Below are positions 48,972 through 61,671 of a DNA stretch of 64,000 bases, piece after piece; within the stretch, counting starts at the first letter, position 1; every line of letters starts with the position of its first letter. Location of the stretch: NCBI GenBank assembly GCA_027923505.1, contig BROI01000014.1, forward strand, positions 248,001-312,000. Reading direction: 5' to 3'. A program made the position numbers and the translations under genes. Origin of the DNA: Mayamaea pseudoterrestris. Its lineage: Eukaryota. A model generated the notes under the pieces. The model was not told where the DNA came from. It did no database searches and saw only the letters and a list, made by a program, of their open reading frames with translations.

Positions 48972-49439
48972 GGTGGCGACGACAGGTTGAAAGTGAAGGA
49001 CGACAGGATGCTGCCGAGAATGAGAGGCACATTCGTGGAGTACGTCATCGATGAAGTAGAAGTTGGCGTATGTGCTGCATTGAATTTAGCTACCCGTTGA
49101 CAAACTCATGAAGGTAGTACTGTAGTAGCAAGACGAGACATCATAGCTTTCATAATGCAAAAATTAACAAAAAAGGCAGTTACTGTGAACTATTGTACCC
49201 AAATTTGACTCGCAGCACACTGATCGTATCGTCCATCCGTGGTTCATTCATTCGGTCGAGAAAAAATGAGCAAGCACACCCACTTTACAGGGAATGCGTT
49301 TAAGCTTGGGCGCAACATTGCGTCTACTCCCAGTATGACCTCTCGATATAATGATCGGGCCAAGTGACGTTGTCGTGCAATGGACTTGGCGGAGAACGAG
49401 CAGCTATGCTTGCGCCCGCTATGACGTTCATCTCCAAAT

Positions 49440-51309
49440 TTACACGACGGACGCCTTCATTTCTTCGTATCGTTGCTTGAGCTCAACGATAAGGTCGGCA
49501 TACTTGGGTTCGTTTATCAAGTCTATTTCTTCCAAAGGATCATCTTCGAGGTTAAAAAGTTGCCACACGTTATGCTCCGGGTAGTGAAACAGTTTAAAAT
49601 CCTTGCGCACCACTGCATTGGATGTTGGAATGAAATTAGCTCCCAAACCAGGAAATTCGTAGTAAAACTCTTTGCGCCACGGTGTTTCATTATGCTGCGG
49701 CAAGTACAAGTCAGAAATATCTCGTCCCTGCATGCTTGGATGTGGCGACAAGCCAGCTGCTCCAAGAATGGTTTCCGCCAAATCAATGTTGAGCGTAAAG
49801 TCGTCGTTGGTGGTTCCTTGCACCGAAGCCGGCATGCGAGGATCCCAAATAATAAGTGGAACGCGTATGCTTTCCTGGTAGGGGAACCACTTGCCCGACA
49901 GTCCATGCTCGGCGTGATAAAATCCATTATCCGTCGTGAAAATGATCATTGTTTCGTTCAACAGACCTTGCCTCTCAATTTCGGCAACAACCTTGCGACT
50001 GCACTCGTCTACTTCGGTGATCATTCTATAGTAGTTCTTCATGGATGCATCATACTTGGCTGGTGTTCCAAACCGCTGATTCCATCGATTGCGGGCTTCG
50101 CCTCTCCAGTGAAAGGCTGGTAGTCGGGCAAAGGATTCGTTCATGTTGGACGGATACTCAAACGTCAGGTTGGAATACAAGTGAGCACTTTCATTCTTGG
50201 GCGTCCACTGCATGTCACCCGTTCCCACTGCCTTTGGCGCGTAAAAGGCAATCTGCAAGGCAAACGGCTTGTCTTTGGGGCGGTGCTCGCGCAGAAAGAA
50301 GAGAGCGTCCTGGTGATTGAGGTCAGTGACATGCATGTCGCCGTAGTAATGTGAGCCCTCGTATATCTTGGCCCAGCTATAGCGCTTGGACGTCAAACCA
50401 GAGTCTGTTGATGTGCAGCAGGTGAATGTCAGCAAGACTGCCACAAGACTTATTCTATACTCAACAACAAGAACTTTTTTTACACTACTTACCCCAATAC
50501 TGCCACTTGCCAATATGCCCAGTATGGTAGCCATGTTCCTTTAGAATGGCAGGCCACGTATCGTTCCACTTGGTTGGATCAATCGGCGTGCGCAGCTTGG
50601 TCGCGCCATGCCGCGAAACATACTGACCCGTGAACAGATTGGCCCGACTGATCCAGCAAATGGATGTCGTCACGCAATTGTGCGTGAACCGCATGCCTTT
50701 ACGTGCCAATGAGTCGAGAAAGGGTGTTTGGACCGCTTGGGTGCCGGCCACGCCGAGCGAGTCGTGCCGCATGTCGTCGGGATATAGTATGAGTATGTTG
50801 AGGCGTTTGGAAGGTGAAGCAGAACCTCCAGTAGTGGCTGCATTGCCCGTTGCATTTTGATTATTCGTATTTCCTTGTTCACTGCTGCTAGTCCCATCAC
50901 CAATCGCTTCCGCAGCCGACAGCAACACGTCACGCACCTGCTTGCGGACGGACCCCTGCACTTCGGACAGTTGCTCGTTGACGGCGACGCGCACATTGGT
51001 GAGTAAATGCTGCAGCATTAAATTAGTTTCCAGCGCGTTGCCTTCGCTCACGGTGGAAATGGTGCGATGGACGCTGCGGAGATTGCGAATCAAACATAGG
51101 TTGACGAGAATGAGTGTGATTGTCACGAGCAGGCGACGATATTTTAATAGTAGTGGTGGTGATGATGATGATTGTTGTGATTGAGAAGATGCTGCTGATC
51201 CAGCTGCTGGAAATCGTTGTCGATGATCCGTTGGGGTTACAGAATTAGAAGATGGAGGAGGAGAGGATCGAGTGGCATTACTGTTTCTTGGAGAGGAGGA
51301 AAAGGACAT
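49440..51309 (-). CDS. Type II membrane sulfatase; intron 50405-50492
   Basis: NILILYPDD, CWISRA (CxxSR formylglycine motif), GYHTGHIGKW, FTTDNG and GKWFPYQESIRVP. Confidence 0.9.
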
Positions 51310-52058
51310 CTTTTCTATCTATAGCAAAGGAGGAGGAAAAGGATGGTTGCAGCATGCAGTACAGTACTGTAGCGTGGTGTTGCAGTGTGATGTTGGACAA
51401 TGCGGCAGAAAAGGCAAACAAATCGTGTCGAAATGGAGATCCCTTTCATGGTGGCAGGCGGCGTTTTGCTTTCGTTGGTCACAGCAATTCATGAAATGAC
51501 TGTGAATACGAACCGTAAATACCGCTGACTTTGAACTCCACCTACTTCGAGCGTTGACGCACCGGTACACAACGGTTGAAGAAACCGTTCTTCCACAACA
51601 GCCCGAAAACGATTCGACGCTACGATCAATATGAGTATCACTGCTGCTGCCATCATACTTGATCACAGAGCCCATCATCACTTTTGCAACCACAAAGACA
51701 AGTCGCTCATGTATTAGCAAGTCTACTGATAGACAAGGATCTACTCTCGCATTGGTGGCTGACGTTCACTTTTAAGCCGCCATCAGTCATTTGGGGAGAC
51801 ATACGATACCGATAAATCGGAACAACGACTGCTGCTAATACCTGTACAACGACACGAACCAGTCATCTTGTACTGATAGAGATAAGATCAAGCTCTTTAG
51901 TAGGTAGCTGCAGGTCAAGTTTATAGACGCCTGGGAGGATCTGAGCTACGCTACCGATAAATCGGAATAACGACTGCTGCCGACACGCAACAGTCGTCTT
52001 GATTTGAGCACCAAGGCTATATACAGTCACTATATACAACGGTACATTCACTCATAAT

Positions 52059-53048
52059 ATGCCACCAAGTCGCCGCACAGGGCGACTATGTCCCTGGTGC
52101 TGGCCCATGAGCTGGAGGGTTCGCAGCAAGCCATGCCACCCACGAGGACCCTTTTTGTGTTTGATTCAACCAAAGTTTCGCAAGTGTTTGCGCAAATTCT
52201 GTCAGTGCGCCGTCTTGGTCTTTCTCGTCATTATTTTGATTCTGTGGATGGGCATGGCCTACGAGCAGGCGCAGGTCCGCAAGCTTCCTAGCACGGAGTA
52301 CTTGTACGCGGTGCCGCAAGTGTGCGCCGTTACGTACAATGATTCCTTCGTCGAGTCGCATACGTTTGCCAACGTTTCGCTGGTGAAGCAAGTCATGAAA
52401 GTGGAGCAGGCACACGAGTCGCATCATACTAACAGTAGAAACATTACAAACACGACAACAACATTCATTGCCCACTGCGGCTCGTGCGGCGCATGCAGCA
52501 CGCCCCACGACGTGGCCATTTACGACGCGACGCGCAACACGCTCTTTGAGGAGTCCATATTGTGCGCCAAGCGCGGGTTAGTGGGCGGCCACCGCGCCGC
52601 CAGCCACTGCATGATGCAACACGTCGGCATGACCCATGATTGCAACGACTGTTGGGTGGAAAACATTTTGTGCGACTTGCGACTGTGCATATTCAGCTGC
52701 TTTTTCCACGCCATTTTCAGCAAGGGTGTGCACGACGACGCCTCGTCGAGCCAAACGCTGAACCGGTGCACGCAGTGCGACGAGTCGCGGTGCGGACCAG
52801 CCTTTTTAGAGTGCGCCGGCGCCAATCGACGGCGAACGGCCATTCAGAGCGACATTGAGCGAAACATCAAGGTGGAAGTGTGTCGGGACGTGCAACCCAA
52901 CTGGTGGCGCAACGAACGACTGCAAGAAATATGGCAGCGCGAGTATGGTGACAATGTTACCATAAGAGAGCGCCGACGGCGAAGGAAGCGAGGGCAAACG
53001 AGGATTGGGGCTAAACGCGAGGCTGCATTCAACGCTACTAGGATTTAA
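52059..53048 (+). CDS. Cys-rich single-TM hypothetical protein
   Basis: 329-aa ORF with one TM segment and AHCGSCGACS, CNDCW..NI.CD..C, CTQCDE..CGPAF..CAGANRR. Confidence 0.65.
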   Translation: MPPSRRTGRLCPWCWPMSWRVRSKPCHPRGPFLCLIQPKFRKCLRKFCQCAVLVFLVIILILWMGMAYEQAQVRKLPSTEYLYAVPQVCAVTYNDSFVESHTFANVSLVKQVMKVEQAHESHHTNSRNITNTTTTFIAHCGSCGACSTPHDVAIYDATRNTLFEESILCAKRGLVGGHRAASHCMMQHVGMTHDCNDCWVENILCDLRLCIFSCFFHAIFSKGVHDDASSSQTLNRCTQCDESRCGPAFLECAGANRRRTAIQSDIERNIKVEVCRDVQPNWWRNERLQEIWQREYGDNVTIRERRRRRKRGQTRIGAKREAAFNATRI

Positions 53049-53134
53049 AACACTAATTTAACATTCATAAGCTAACTGCTAATACAATTGCTGCATTGAA
53101 TGTAGGAGTAACATACTTAATAGCTTGTAGCGTT

Positions 53135-54628
53135 CTATGGGGATGATTTGGGAGCGCAGACTCCGGCTCGACACCTGTAGACTGTTTCGGCAATCACATC
53201 AGCGCGAGAGTACTTTCCGCCAACCTTTGGCGGCGCTTTCGCAATGGCACCTGATGCAATCAAGCTTACTTCCGCGTCTCGAAGTGTTTGCAAGTCAGCG
53301 TCGAGTGGTTTGGGAAAGCCTTTTGGTACACCGCTTGCCTCGAGAAAACCAAAGGCGGCACGATAGTCTTTGGCAGTCGCCTTGATATTGTTCTTCAAGT
53401 GAGCGGGTATGATTCGTTGCACGGGCCACTTGGCCACCTTGTTTGCAAAATCCAACACCTCGACGGGACTGCGATTCAGCAGCAAAACTTGCAGGATCGG
53501 TGCCACAAGCACCCCTCGATCACCAGTCAAACCTTTCCAGCTCGCCTCTTCGTCGCCGTCCCAGTCCCACGGATATATTCCTAGAAAATCAGAGTCAATG
53601 TCTGGTCGCCGCTCATCAATGGCAGTCTTGGCGTCCTTGATGGTGATTGCCGATGGCATGAAGTAGAGACCAAACAGACAAATGCGTCTCCAGCCTTTCC
53701 GCCTTGTGGCAGGTGTATCTTGCACAATGTCTGTCACTGTATCTCGTGCATGATACAACAGTGGCTCGTGATCATCTGTTTGTTCGTAAATGGATGGCAC
53801 TTCGTCGGTCACTTGCAGGGCAGTGTCCGTGCACACGAGCGTCTTGGTTGGCTTGTGCAGCAGGACAGTTTCGGCAAAGGCACCGTCGCGACTGATAATT
53901 GGACCCAAGACTGCTATATCCAAATCCTGTTTCCAATCCTGCGGTGCGTCTTCTATTGTCCGGGGCATCATGCGCGTTCGTCCCGCAGGAAAGCCAAGGA
54001 ACGATTCGGGCAGATTGCTGGGAAAGCTGTACTGTCCTGGTGTCAACCATACTTGCGCGTCCTTAAATTTTTGCGCAAAGACTCCCGCATAAACCTTGTG
54101 CTCCAGTGCCACCGAGCCGACGAGAATATGTTTGATGGGACCATGCGTTCGACAAATGTCATTGACCAGAGCAAGACATTCCTTGGTGGCAGCAATCGGA
54201 TTGTACACCAGTAGGCCTCCGCCTGACAGTTTCATTATAGTCATTCGAACTGGTACTTGCACGTTTAGAATTCCAAACTTTTGGTCCAGCGTCCATAGTT
54301 GATTGGAAACAATGGTTTCTCGTATAGTCTTTTTCGTCTTGTAGGGACCAACGGGTAATATGCCCCACAGACCGTAGTCGGTGGGTTTTGGCTCGGCCGT
54401 CCCGAGTGCAGTCACTGTCAGACCAACGGCAGCTACGGATAACTCTCCCACTTGTCGACGAGAGAGTTGTGTAGATGATGTCGATTCATGTAACGTTGTT
54501 GCTGACGATGTAGAAGGTGCTGGAGAAAGTCGTGTTCTGTGCAATGATGTGAAGCCATCTGCAAACTGCAACGTAGAAAGCACGCTAAGTATCGCAAACA
54601 CTTTCCAACTGGTCATTACACTGGTCAT
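53135..54628 (-). CDS. DUF4336-like plastid-targeted protein
   Basis: Presequence (…ADGF), VPVRMTIMKL..GGLLVYNPIAAT, EHKVY, VAPILQVL and IIPAH. Confidence 0.75.
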   Translation of the reverse strand: MTSVMTSWKVFAILSVLSTLQFADGFTSLHRTRLSPAPSTSSATTLHESTSSTQLSRRQVGELSVAAVGLTVTALGTAEPKPTDYGLWGILPVGPYKTKKTIRETIVSNQLWTLDQKFGILNVQVPVRMTIMKLSGGGLLVYNPIAATKECLALVNDICRTHGPIKHILVGSVALEHKVYAGVFAQKFKDAQVWLTPGQYSFPSNLPESFLGFPAGRTRMMPRTIEDAPQDWKQDLDIAVLGPIISRDGAFAETVLLHKPTKTLVCTDTALQVTDEVPSIYEQTDDHEPLLYHARDTVTDIVQDTPATRRKGWRRICLFGLYFMPSAITIKDAKTAIDERRPDIDSDFLGIYPWDWDGDEEASWKGLTGDRGVLVAPILQVLLLNRSPVEVLDFANKVAKWPVQRIIPAHLKNNIKATAKDYRAAFGFLEASGVPKGFPKPLDADLQTLRDAEVSLIASGAIAKAPPKVGGKYSRADVIAETVYRCRAGVCAPKSSP

Positions 54629-54869
54629 CGTTACTTCTTCTCGAAGCCAAGTCTCGCAACGCAAATAATGTCGCGAGAATGGCAACAGAACGCCATGGTG
54701 ATTTCCTTGTCGTCGCTGACGTATGTTCGTGCTTCTTGCCTCGCGGAAATCCTCGAGCGCGCCGCCAAATTAGTCGCAGCGGCACAGAATTTATTGTGTA
54801 CCGATACGAGCTTGTGACGTTCTGATCAATATCAACCAAATCTTGACCTCCGCTCATTCTTCCTCAACC

Positions 54870-55928
54870 ATGACCGTCGCGAAAGTCGCCCAACGAAACG
54901 CCCAAAGGCTCCTTTCTTGTTTAAATCATGGCCGCCATTCTAGTTCATCATTGTCAGCTTGCTCATCAGCATTCGAAAATTGTTATGATGATGAACGTCC
55001 GAGCGTGCGCACGCTCGCCACCTACTCTGTTCCATCCGCTCGTCGCAAGCGACCAAACTTCGAGTCACTCAAAGTCATGGATACAAAGTCCAACTCCTTT
55101 GGTCGTTTGGAGGAACCCTACCAGCACGGCCAAGCAAACATGCAAGACTATTTGAAAAAGACGTCACTGAGTCCATGGGTGCCACTGTCGGACGCTGCCT
55201 CGCGCAAAATCTTCGACTTGGCCAATGTCAACGCCGCAACTACCATTCACGTGGACTTGGGATCGGGTGACGGACGCGTCTGCTTTAACGCCATTGACTA
55301 CGGCGTGCAAAAAAGTACTGGCATTGACGTTGACCAAGACATTGTGCAAGTGGCGAATGAGCGACTGCACAAGCGCCATCCACTGCCGCCGCTGCAGTTT
55401 GTCGTGGCCGACTTGATGGACGCAAAGCAGCATGAAACGTGGAAGCTCATTCAGGAAGCGAATTTGATTACCATGTACTTTGCCAAGGAAGCCTTGCAAG
55501 TGTTTCGGCCGCTGCTGGAGCAAAAGTTGGTGGGTCGCAAGTGCAAGATTGTGACTTGTGGATACGAAATGCCGGAATGGACTTACACGCAGTTTGAAGT
55601 CGTTCTTGGCACGCAGCTGTACTTGTACGAGTGGGGTGGCAGTCTCATGAATAAAAATGACGACGACGAGTACAACGACTTGCCGTTCATTGACAGTATT
55701 CTTGCGAATCGACCGCGCGAATTGGAAACGGAAGCCGTGGATAATGAACGATTCCAAGGGTCCAAGGTGATTGACCGGACCAATATCATTCCTGGATTTG
55801 ACCCTAGGGTACTTGATGAAATGGACGAACTGGAGGATGACGACTGGGATGCGGAGGATGATTCAATCGAAGACGAAGGGGCTAAAGACTCAATTGGCAA
55901 TGACGGCAAACACAAGACGGAGAAATGA
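54870..55928 (+). CDS. Class I SAM-dependent methyltransferase (FAM173-like)
   Basis: PWVP followed by motif I VDLGSGDGR, then GIDVD and ITMYF. Confidence 0.75.
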   Translation: MTVAKVAQRNAQRLLSCLNHGRHSSSSLSACSSAFENCYDDERPSVRTLATYSVPSARRKRPNFESLKVMDTKSNSFGRLEEPYQHGQANMQDYLKKTSLSPWVPLSDAASRKIFDLANVNAATTIHVDLGSGDGRVCFNAIDYGVQKSTGIDVDQDIVQVANERLHKRHPLPPLQFVVADLMDAKQHETWKLIQEANLITMYFAKEALQVFRPLLEQKLVGRKCKIVTCGYEMPEWTYTQFEVVLGTQLYLYEWGGSLMNKNDDDEYNDLPFIDSILANRPRELETEAVDNERFQGSKVIDRTNIIPGFDPRVLDEMDELEDDDWDAEDDSIEDEGAKDSIGNDGKHKTEK

Positions 55929-56427
55929 ACCAATCATCCACATGCTTTAAGACTTAAAAAAAACCCCTGAAAGGCTATTGCAAGACAGCAACTAAAGAAA
56001 ATCTTACAGTTGGTGCTTTTAACTGAAGCAAACAAGAGTTTATCAAGGAACAAACAGCCCGATAGAAATAACACCATAAGAGCCTTGCTCTGTCGTCGGC
56101 TCTGATGTATTTTGTCGCTAAAGAGATTGCTTGCAACTTCATTATGCCGCGTTTGGTTGCTAACGTTGATAGCAGCCATGCTTTATAGGTATAATTTGCT
56201 TGGCTCATGACTTGCTAACGCCTTAGCTTCTCCCTGAGAACACGATCCACATGAGAGTCGTATGTCGCCATTACGTGAGGTGCACGCCCAAACAGTGATT
56301 AATGAAGTTCCATTCATAGATATCTTACAAACGTCTATTTGTTAGCGTCTAACATTTTTACGTTCAGTGCACAAAAAACATACCAACATCCTTCGTCGGC
56401 AACATGCGTTCGCTCGCCCGCACCATT

Positions 56428-58088
56428 CTACCACGGTGTGCTTAGTTTCGTCAGTGGCGAGCCCTGTCGAATGGACTTGACGCGTCCAAACTTTTCGCGA
56501 CATTCCACCAGCTCCTCAATGAAGCGGTCAATTTTATAGGGCGTCACGTTGGGCATGACCACAACATGGCAAATATCCTCCTCGCAGGCAAGCTGCCACC
56601 GCTTGACCAGCGTGTCATCCAAAGGACGCTCCAAAACAACGGTGCTACTCAAGTCGTTGAGGCGGCAAATGAATCCATGTTCGCTCAACTTGTTTTGCAA
56701 GTAGCGCGCCGTCTCCATGCAGTGCATAACGTCGCGCTTGATGCCGTCAATACCCTTTTTACGCAAGCTGTACCACAAGTAGAGCGCCGCTTGTCCGTTG
56801 CGACTGCCCATAATGGTGGTATCCACCGAGTTTAAATAGTCAATGTGCTGCTCCAGTCTCTGCACGTGCTCCTTGCGCGACAGAGTGACGCCGCACGGCA
56901 TGGGGCATCCAAGCATCTTGTGTCCACTGACGGCAATACTGTCAATGGGTTTGCGGAAACTAATCTCGGGAGCAAACTCGACAAAGGGCATCATGAGGGC
57001 GAACAAGGCACCGTCGCAGTGAATGTGAAACTGCTCCCGCGGAATGTTCAAAGTTTGCAATATGCGCAAAATGCGATCCAAATTGTCCACCGCACCCTTG
57101 ACCGTGGTGCCAATGTTCACGTTCAAAATGACCGGCTTGTCGCGATTGTCGTTGATGGCCTTGGCGAGAATGTCGTAGTCAATCTCTCCCATGGGTAGCG
57201 TCGGAATGGACTGGCACTCCATGCGATACATTTTGGCAGCCTTGAAGATGCTGTAGTGCGTCTCCTGCGACGTGTATAGTATGCCGTCCGGGAAGCGTTC
57301 GCGGGCCAGCAGTACGCCGTGCAAATTGCCTTCCGTGCCACTGGTAGTGACTATGAATGATGAGAGAAAAAGGTGGGGCAAGGAATTGAATATGTGAGTG
57401 TCAAGTCCGTGAATTGGACAAATGTAACTACCGGTACAAGTCACCAAATTCATTCACACAAACACTCACCATAACCCCAGTACGTTCCAGCCTCCATTTT
57501 CCACATTTGCGCAAAAAAGTCAATGACCGAAACCTCAAACTGCCGCGAGTGCACTCCATAGTTGGACGGCACGAAGGGATCACCAAGATTGTTAATGCTA
57601 TATTTCAAAAACGGCGAAAGCTCGGTGAAATCAAAGGCCAAATTGTACGGATAGCCAAAGTGCACACTACTCTTGGTTTGCAGCAAGTGATCGTACGCCT
57701 TGAGAATATCGGCTTCATCCGGCAGACTGGCGCGCTGCGTTTCCGTAATGGGAATTTTGACGGAATCAACATCGAGCAGCGCCATTTCGTCCGCCGTGAG
57801 CGGGTCCTTGTGCAAGTGGTCGTCGGCGGCCGCGCCCCACGCGTCAAAGACGGCCCACGGCGACGGCGTGCCAGACTTGTTGTGGTCAAATGTTGACAAG
57901 AGAGTAGATGGTGCAGTCGCTACTGCTGCTTCCGGCTGCTCATGAAAGTGCTTGTTCTCGTCATCGGATGGCGTCAAGGAAACTGCTTGTTCCTCGGAAG
58001 CAACGACGGATGACTTGAAGGCCACCAGCGATCGCGTGGGGCGAGCGACGCTTCCGGCGCGCAAGAGACGAGCAAAGGATGGAATCAT
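56428..58088 (-). CDS. Group II PLP-dependent decarboxylase (serine/histidine decarboxylase); intron 57351-57469
   Basis: GYPYN, NNLGDPF, WGYVTTSGTEGNLHG, HCDGAL, SGHK (PLP lysine) and GSRNG. Confidence 0.92.
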
Positions 58089-58690
58089 GGTTGATATTGT
58101 ATAGTAGGTATGTATGAGCGAGTGACTCGAGTCGAGAAGAGCTGCGTTAACTTTTAAATGAGGCCTCGCAACATGCCGAGCCAGGCAATGCGGATGCTGA
58201 CGATTTGCATCCACCAGCGGCGCTTCCCATTGGATGAAACGCGAAGGAAACCGATCGGTTTGGAATGGCTCATACTTCCTTAGCGATTTGTTACACTAGA
58301 AGGGAGTGTACTTGTGTAAAGAAAATGATCGTCATGGGAGTAATGATTTGAAATCAGTGGTCCACAAGGCGCGAGGATGACGCACCCTAGCAGGCCGACT
58401 ACCGTTTGGGCTCGTACCGGTACTTACACTGGCTTCGGATCGAAGTGGACTTCCTCTCGCAGAACATCATTATTTTTTCTTCGTCGTGTCACGCCGGTCT
58501 CATACCTTGCGCGTTCATCTTCACTTATTACTTGTGCAAAGCTGCTCTCCATACATAGTGGCAGTCGATTCGATTGTCGTTCACCAATAGCATTGCTTTG
58601 ACGCTTCCAACTCGTTTAGTTCCACGTTTCCAAGTCATAAAATTGAGCATCATAAACTACTGACGGCAAGCACTTTAAACAATCATCATC

Positions 58691-59570
58691 ATGTCACTGC
58701 TTTCGCACACGGTAGCCCTTGTGACGGGCGCAAGCTCCGGATTGGGTCTGGCGACGGCGCAGTATTTGGTTCGACATGGCGCCAAGGTTGTCATGGCCGA
58801 TGTGCAGGCATCACAACACCTGAACGAGTCGTCAAGCGAACAACGTTCCATTTACTGTCACACGGACGTGACGAGCGAAGACTCGGTGAAAAACGCACTC
58901 GACTTAGCGGAACGTACCTTTGGGAGACCCGTCAACGCCGCCATTAACTGCGCCGGTATTGCGATTGCGAAAAAGACGCTCTCCAAAAAGGGACCACATC
59001 CACTCTCCGACTTTTCACAAACAATGCAAGTCAATTTGATTGGGTCCTTCAACGTTGCTAGACTCGCGGCGGAGCGCATGAGTCAGTGCCAGCCAAACGA
59101 CATGGTGCATGACTTGCGCGGGTGCATTGTCAACACGGCGAGTATTGCGGCGTATGAGGGACAGATTGGTCAAGTGGCCTATGCTGCCAGCAAGGGCGGC
59201 ATTGTAGGCATGACGCTACCCATGGCGCGCGAGCTGGCGGCTTACAAGATTCGAGTCATGACTATTGTGAGTTGCAAGAAGTAGGAGAATGCATTTTTGC
59301 TAGTGCGTTGTTGTTCACTCGTCGCTTACATGATGCTGCTGCTGCTGCTCTTCAATTCCTTTGCATTGCCAGGCCCCAGGTTTGTTTCAAACACCACTGT
59401 TGGAAGGTCTTCCACCCGACGTGAAGCAACAATTGGGTGAGTCGGTTCCGTGTCCACGTAGACTTGGGCATCCGGATGAATTCGCCAGTTTGGTGGGAAC
59501 GATTTTGACGAGTCCCTACATGAATGGCAGCGTCATTCGACTGGATGGTGCGTTGCGCATGCCGCCGTGA
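58691..59570 (+). CDS. SDR 3-hydroxyacyl-CoA dehydrogenase type II (HSD17B10-like); intron 59267-59372
   Basis: [30 protein letters not shown] and IRLDGALRM. Confidence 0.92.
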
Positions 59571-59810
59571 TTGAATGTGTAGCGACGCGAGTGAGTTTAG
59601 CTATTTTATCGCCTGTCGCCGTCCTGCTCTACAAGTTAGGGATTGCTCGTTTTCGCCGGCTGCTCGTCCTGTTTTGTATGAAGGTCAGCTCAGTGCTTGG
59701 TGCATATTGGGCATTTATGCAAAAATGGACAAATGAAGCACCTATTGTAAGATTGATGTGGAAGTGAATATAAGAATGAAAGCTACACTAGCGACGCAAC
59801 TGGCTCGCAC

Positions 59811-61671
59811 CTAAAAACCATTCGTCACGTAATTGTAGGGTTGCGCGTAGTACCGCGTCATTTGATCCAGCTCGCACCAGTCTTGGTCCTCCTGCCAATG
59901 AGAATTCCAGTCTTGGCATTCGCAAAAGGTTTGGTAGTGAGCGCCAGTCGTTTGCATCAGCGGACGCGACACGTTCACCTTGGTGTCGTCGCCGTCGTAG
60001 ACTCCTGCGGCAGTGTCGGGCTGGCAGGGACGAATGAGGTCGTCAATGGGAGCAATTCGTTCTTTTAGTAGGCGATGCATTTCGTCAATTTGTCGTTGGG
60101 TCATTTTAATAGGATCCTTCATGATGCGCCAGTGATTGGTTCCTTTGCGGGAGCCTTGCTGGTAGGTGCCGTAACAGGGTGGTATGGTCTGGGATCCAGA
60201 GTAGCGGTAGTAGTAATCGGTTTTGACGCCATGCATGCCAAAGTAGGTATGGTATGGGCCGACACTTTCGTAGTCCATCAGGTGACGACCGTGCTTCATT
60301 TCTTCCTCGCGACGGTAAACTTCCTGGACGATTTCCTCCCAGTCGTCTTCGGGTTCCTCGAAATCATGAGGTTTTAGTTGGATTGTGGCCGGAATGAATG
60401 AGGCATTGATGCGGGTGCGCCGATGGTTGTGCACGAAGAGGTCGTTCGCCGTCCATGACTTTCGACGAGGTTTAACTTTTTGTTTTAAATCTCCGTACAA
60501 ACGTCGCGTCGCGTTCGTTCCGTTCAATATTGCGTTCGTTACGTTTTCAATACTTGTCGTCCGATCAAACATTGAGCATCCTTTGTATTCTGTCAGCACG
60601 CTAGGCAGGCCGCATTGGTTTCTTACTCCATCTTCATGTCGCCGCCATTGGCAAATGATTTTGTTGAGCATATAGTAGTCGTGGCTGTCAGTTTCGTTAA
60701 ACACTTGAAGAAAGATTGCCACGGTTGCCATCTGGGATAGAGCAAATTAGTTGACGGACGCCATAAACTGTAACACTGATTGATAAATAACAACATTGCT
60801 TACCTCGTTATCGAGCCCAGTTGACGAGTTCGCAGTCGAATAGAAATGTTGCATTTGCATCTCGGCATCAAATCGCGTGCCCTCTAGTGTGTGCTCGGAC
60901 GGAACATGAAAGTCAATGTGCGACAGAAACCACCACTCTGGGTAGCCGCGGCTAAAGTCAATGCGTCCCCATCGGTGTGTCTTGGCTCGGCCCATTTCGC
61001 AAGCAACATGAAACTTGTTCTCCTCGTACTCCACCATTGGCTGTCGAACTTGAAGAGCATGGCGTTCCACAGTAAAGGCATCATACTTTACCAGTTCGGA
61101 GAAATTACAAGAGGAATCGTACGTTTTCATGAGGTGCAAGTCGATGCACTCATGATAGTGCTCTGTTTCATTAAGCGCAGTGTTTCACAGTAGATTGATG
61201 GGTGATTGATGGTGCAGAAAGTCGCAGCTGCTGCCGTCTGCGGGGCACCATAGGCAGTCATTAGTCGTCAACTCCCAGCCAATTGCTTGTTCCCATTTCT
61301 CGGGCCAGCCAACCTGTAATATACATTAAAAGGATGTGGATGCTGTAAGATTTTAAAGTTCAATACAATAACGACAAGTCTTTATCGACAGCAGACACGA
61401 ACAGGGACGTGGGGCAAAAACAGAAACAGAAACAGATAGCAGGAAGGCAAAAACGCGAGAAGCCCAACAGGCAAAACTAAACAAAGAAACGTACACAGTC
61501 ATCAACATTGTCACATCGAAGGTACTTCCATTCCGATGGAGGATATTGAATGTTTGGCGACGTTGATCCGTTCAAATTGTACGTAAATTGATCCAAATCT
61601 TCCACGTTCGCCGATTCTGCCAGTCGGATAATTCCCAGTAGCAGGGCAGCATGAGATATATGGATCCACAT
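59811..61671 (-). CDS. Alpha-carbonic anhydrase-like secreted protein, 3 exons, in-frame TGA at 61185-61187
   Basis: Signal peptide, QSPINL, FHVPSEHTLEGTRFDAEMQ and YYRYSGSQTIPPC. Introns 61314-61494 and about 60733-60802. Confidence 0.75.

Noticed and set aside
15456..61187. Genome-wide TGA reassignment or selenocysteine
   Set aside because: TGA terminates conserved genes here (MLH1 after FERC, sterol reductase, SDR), and the two sites look like Arg rather than Cys positions.
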